DNA from: a virus
Length of the DNA stretch: 19,219 bases
Virus genome (UHGV): UHGV-0267650
Strand: one strand, 5' to 3'
The position numbers and the translations under genes are program-made. The notes under the pieces are model-generated. The model did no database searches. It saw only the letters and a program-made list of their open reading frames with translations, and had not been told where the DNA came from. Positions 15,997 to 19,219 of the stretch are shown piece by piece (positions within the stretch are counted from its first letter, which is position 1; the number at the start of each line of letters is the position of its first letter).

Positions 15997-17025
15997 TTAC
16001 TCGCCTGCCGGAGGCGCGACAGGTGCCCCGATAGCTACCGCACTTTCATCAAACGCGGCGTACAGTTCCGGATACTCAACCGCATAACCTTCGTTACGCA
16101 GGTATTTGTTTTCGTACTGTTTACGGTCTTCCACAAACTCCGCTTTACGCTGACGCGTGCCGCGCTGGGTGTAGATGTGCAGGTTTGGCAGTGTCGTAAC
16201 AATCATGCGTTTGCCTGGCATAAACGGCGGTACGTAAGCCGTGCGGCCAGCGATGCTGTCAGACAGCAGTTGCGCAGCGATCTTCTCCGTGGGTTTGTCT
16301 GCTTTCTGATACAGACGGAACGACTCCGCCGCGACCAGATCAGCGCCGACAAGAACCACCAGGCGTGGATCATTACGGTACTGTGCCGGGATTTTGGCGT
16401 TGATAAGGTCGGAGGCCATTGCATCCAGCGACACGTAATCGCCTTTCCCGTCACCGTCAAGCACCACCGCATCAGTGATGATCTGCTGGCCGTCCTTCCA
16501 CTCTTTGACGATCTGATGCCAGCCCTTGTTCACATCCTCGCCGTTCGGGTTGGTTTCCGCGTTCGTGGTTTCGGCTACTTTGGTACCGTTAAAGCCGATA
16601 CGCAGCATATCCAGCGCAAACGCCTGATTAGTGAACTCCTGAACACGCTGGAAAAACTCGTTTTCATCGCCGGCGTTCGCCCAGACAGAAAGCAACTGCC
16701 AGGTGAGTGCGGCGCATGAGTCGGTCTCGACCAGACTGTAATCATTACCACTCACGCCCACTTTCTTACGGAAGCGGCCATCCAGCACACGCCCGGTATA
16801 CAGGCCAGAGCTGCCAACAGGAACCACCTGCCCCTGCAGCTGATCGACATCGGCAACGGTGATCAGATTCAGGAAATCAGACTGCTCCATCAGCGCATTG
16901 CGCAGCTGAGTTTCTTTGGGGTCGGTGAGTGCAAACCAGCGTTCGCTGTCAGTCGCCCCGTAGGATTCACGCAGCCCGGTGTGATACTGAAGCAGAAACT
17001 CACGGGCTTTCGCATTTAATTGCAT
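15997..17025 (-). CDS. N: Major capsid protein, P2 gpN-like
   Basis: 342-aa ORF with RBS AAGGA. DYVSLDA, DPRLVVLVG and NLHIYT correspond to P2 gpN DYASLDA, DPDLVVIVG and NLSIYY (recalled). Confidence 0.85.
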   Translation of the reverse strand: MQLNAKAREFLLQYHTGLRESYGATDSERWFALTDPKETQLRNALMEQSDFLNLITVADVDQLQGQVVPVGSSGLYTGRVLDGRFRKKVGVSGNDYSLVETDSCAALTWQLLSVWANAGDENEFFQRVQEFTNQAFALDMLRIGFNGTKVAETTNAETNPNGEDVNKGWHQIVKEWKDGQQIITDAVVLDGDGKGDYVSLDAMASDLINAKIPAQYRNDPRLVVLVGADLVAAESFRLYQKADKPTEKIAAQLLSDSIAGRTAYVPPFMPGKRMIVTTLPNLHIYTQRGTRQRKAEFVEDRKQYENKYLRNEGYAVEYPELYAAFDESAVAIGAPVAPPAGE

Positions 17026-17059
17026 ATTCTTTTTCCTTAAAGAAAAGTAGTGTTATCCC

Positions 17060-17899
17060 TTACAGGAAATTGAAGCCTTTTTTGCCCTTGCTGAATTTCT
17101 TGTCCGGCAGTTGAGTAACTTTGTTATTCAGCTTGCTGAAGTTTTTCACCAGCTCCGGCAGGTTCCCCACCAGACGCGCAAAATCTTCGGTGTCCACCAC
17201 TTCCTTCACGGTGTCCACATCGTCCTGCACATCAGATACCGCCTCTTCCGCCTCACCCAGTCGGGTTTCAATAGCAGATACGCGCTTATCAATGGCATCC
17301 AGCGCTTCAGCCAGCGCCTGTAAGGCATCAGACTGTGAAGGTTCCTGCTCCGGGGTCTGCTCCGGTTCTTCGATACTGAAAAAATGGCGCCAGCCCTTTT
17401 TCGCTGTCTTTGACATTCCCTTTTCCTTTTTAAATTCCCTGACTTCATCAAACGCCAGCGGCTTGTATGGTCCGATGCGTTTTCCCCTGGTGCGGCTGAA
17501 ACGTAACCGTGTGGTGCTTACCCCGGCCGGACTGTCAGTAATGGCCAGTCCCTCAAGATAGGTTTTCCCGGTATTTCTGAAATTCCCGTCTGGTGTAAAC
17601 TCCGGTGATAAAAATAAAAGCTGCCCCTTCGCATTCGCCTGAAGCAATGCAATAGCCGGACAGAGTCGGGCATATAAACGAAGAATACCTTCATCATCCC
17701 GCTCTGCTTTTACTTCCAGCACTTCCCCCATATTCCCGAAATTGCGGGTATGTTCCGGCCATAACAGCGCGGTATATAAGTTGGGGTCATATAATTCAGC
17801 GGCATCAAGTAACCATTGTTCTTCAATGGTTCTTTTATCGACCGTTTCACCCGCAGTGGCGATACAAATCCAGTTTGTTGCCAGTTGTGAACCTGACAT
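17060..17899 (-). CDS. O: Capsid scaffolding protein, P2 gpO-like
   Basis: The ORF track extends to 17959, which is a GTG. The ATG at 17899 has GGAGG upstream, and from there the protein aligns with the P2 gpO N-terminus (...YDPNLYTALLWPEH versus ...FDPRVYGCRINLEH). C-terminal acidic helical region. Confidence 0.8.
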   Translation of the reverse strand: MSGSQLATNWICIATAGETVDKRTIEEQWLLDAAELYDPNLYTALLWPEHTRNFGNMGEVLEVKAERDDEGILRLYARLCPAIALLQANAKGQLLFLSPEFTPDGNFRNTGKTYLEGLAITDSPAGVSTTRLRFSRTRGKRIGPYKPLAFDEVREFKKEKGMSKTAKKGWRHFFSIEEPEQTPEQEPSQSDALQALAEALDAIDKRVSAIETRLGEAEEAVSDVQDDVDTVKEVVDTEDFARLVGNLPELVKNFSKLNNKVTQLPDKKFSKGKKGFNFL

Positions 17900-18041
17900 A
17901 TTGCCTCCATTCCTGCTGCGGTTTTCAGTATCGCCAATAAAATTAACCGCCGCATTCACTTCATTTCGGATATAGGCTATTAGCCGAACACATCAGAAAT
18001 AAAGCGGGATTTAATATACAAACGCCCGTGCATAATGTGCG
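17900..18041. promoter_or_regulatory. Divergent late promoter region between the O-like and P-like genes, with a central imperfect dyad TTCGG-N14-CCGAA at 17964..17987
   Basis: 142-bp AT-rich intergenic region between divergently oriented head genes, as in P2 where the late promoters lie here. -10-like hexamers GATACT (- strand) and TAATAT (+ strand) flank the dyad. Confidence 0.4.
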
Positions 18042-19219
18042 CATGGCTAAATATTCAGAAGAATTAAAAGGCGTTGCGCGGGCGCTTTATTTAAAACGCT
18101 ATACCACGCAGGAAATTGCCAGCGAACTTAATCTGCCTAACAGACGCATTGTCTATTACTGGGCGGAGAAATATTGCTGGGCGGAATTACTCAGTCATGA
18201 ATCCACCGAAGATGCATTAAACCGTCGCATTCAGTCACTGACATTACGTGAAGGGAAATCGGAGCTGGAGCTGCGGGAGCTGGACAATCTCGTTTCTCAC
18301 CTGGTGAAACTACGTGCACAACACAATAAGCATCAGGAAAAGCTGGCAGAAATTAAACACAGTGAAAATGATGCGCCGACGCGTCAGTCCGGTGGCGACG
18401 AAAAGCCCCGGAAACGTGGCAAGTACAAAAAGAACGACATCAGCGGACTGACACAGGAAGATTTTGACCGGTTCGCACTGGAGCACCTTTTCGGCTATCA
18501 GAAACACCTTCGCGCTAATCTTCATCAGCAAATCAGGAACATCCTGAAAAGCCGCCAGATTGGTGCAACCTGGTATTTCTCAATAGAAGCCTTTGAGAAT
18601 GCGGTCATGACAGGCGATCCGCAAATCTTCCTGTCCGCATCAAAGGCTCAGGCGGAAGTATTCCGCAGCTATATCGTCAATATTGCGGAGCAGTATTTCG
18701 GCGTGGAGCTGACGGGAAACCCCATCCGCCTCTCCAACGGCGCGGAGCTGCGATTCCTGTCCACCAACAAGAACACCGCCCAGTCATACAGCGGCCATCT
18801 GTACTGCGATGAATATTTCTGGGTACCCAACTTTGCAAAATTAAACGAAGTGGCCAGCGCGATGGCCACACACGACAAATGGCGAACCACCTACTTTTCC
18901 ACCCCCAGCAGCAAAACGCACCAAGCGTACCCGTTCTGGACTGGTGAAGAATGGAAGCGCGGTGACAAAAAACGCGCGCGCGTACAATTTCCCACGGAGA
19001 AGGAGCTGCGCGACGGTGGACGGTTATGTCCTGATGGACAGTGGCGCTACATCATCACGATGGAAGACGCGATCGCAGGCGGGTTTAATCTCGCCAGCAT
19101 CGGGAAGCTGCGCAACCGCTACAACCGCGACACTTTCAACATGCTGTATATGTGCGTGTTCGTGGACAGCAAGGACAGCGTATTTTCGTTCTCTCACGTG
19201 GAACGCTGCTGTGTAGATC
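18042..19219 (+). CDS. P: Terminase large (ATPase) subunit, P2 gpP-like; 3' end truncated by the window edge
   Basis: Open frame from the ATG at 18042 to the end of the window, 392 codons. SRQIGATWYFS, YFSTPSSK, LCPDGQWRYIITMEDAIAGG and YMCVFVDSKDSVFSF correspond to P2 gpP SRQIGATFYFA, YFSTPST, LCADGQWRQIVTIEDALAGG and FMCEFVDDKASVFPF (recalled). Confidence 0.85.

Noticed and set aside
1288-16719. Numerous + strand ORFs of 60-270 aa (for example 11308..11979 and 15907..16719) antisense to the structural genes
   Set aside because: They sit entirely within and opposite to long - strand genes with clear homology and coupling, have no RBS context, and are Arg/Pro/Ser-rich as expected of antisense frames in GC-rich coding DNA.
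17900-17959. N-terminal extension of the O-like ORF to a GTG at 17959, and similar upstream extensions of the J-like (to 7971), L-like (to 15025) and 241-aa (to 4027) ORFs
   Set aside because: Internal ATG codons with clear GGAGG/AAGGA-type ribosome binding sites, and agreement with P2 protein N-termini where recalled, favour the shorter forms. The extensions are probably artefacts of longest-ORF calling.
1-19219. CRISPR array, tRNA or tmRNA gene, and diversity-generating retroelement near the tail fiber
   Set aside because: No regular repeat-spacer periodicity. No tRNA-like T-loop/acceptor pattern or tmRNA sequence in the flank. No reverse transcriptase ORF or template-repeat copy of the fiber 3' end. 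The fiber repeats are in-frame tandem codon repeats instead.

Overview
This window is almost entirely the late (structural) region of a P2-like (Peduovirus-type) prophage of an enterobacterium, read from raw sequence without database searches. A terminase large-subunit gene (P-like, + strand, truncated by the window edge at 19219) diverges from a roughly 17 kb leftward operon (- strand, 17899 down to 1046) of tightly packed, mostly start/stop-overlapping genes. In transcription order these are: scaffold (O-like), major capsid (N-like), small terminase (M-like), an extra 63-aa ORF, head completion (L-like), two tail-completion-like genes (R/S-like), sheath, tube, a four-gene lysis cassette (holin, M15-peptidase endolysin, overlapped i-/o-spanins), a tail assembly chaperone with a programmed -1 frameshift site, tape measure, baseplate wedge (gp46/W-like, J-like, I-like), tail fiber, tail fiber assembly protein, two unrecognised ORFs, and a large central spike protein with a gpV-like C-terminal half. 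The head genes follow P2 order, but the tail and lysis modules are arranged differently from P2, so the element looks mosaic. The leftmost ~1 kb is non-coding and holds the most unexplained structure: an array of at least ten copies of an 8-bp motif TGTGAYRG in direct and inverted pairs around an AT-rich core, plus a second recurring motif. No integrase, ogr-type activator, tRNA, CRISPR array or reverse transcriptase is visible. Product calls rest on my recall of family motifs and P2 proteins, so they need confirmation by search.
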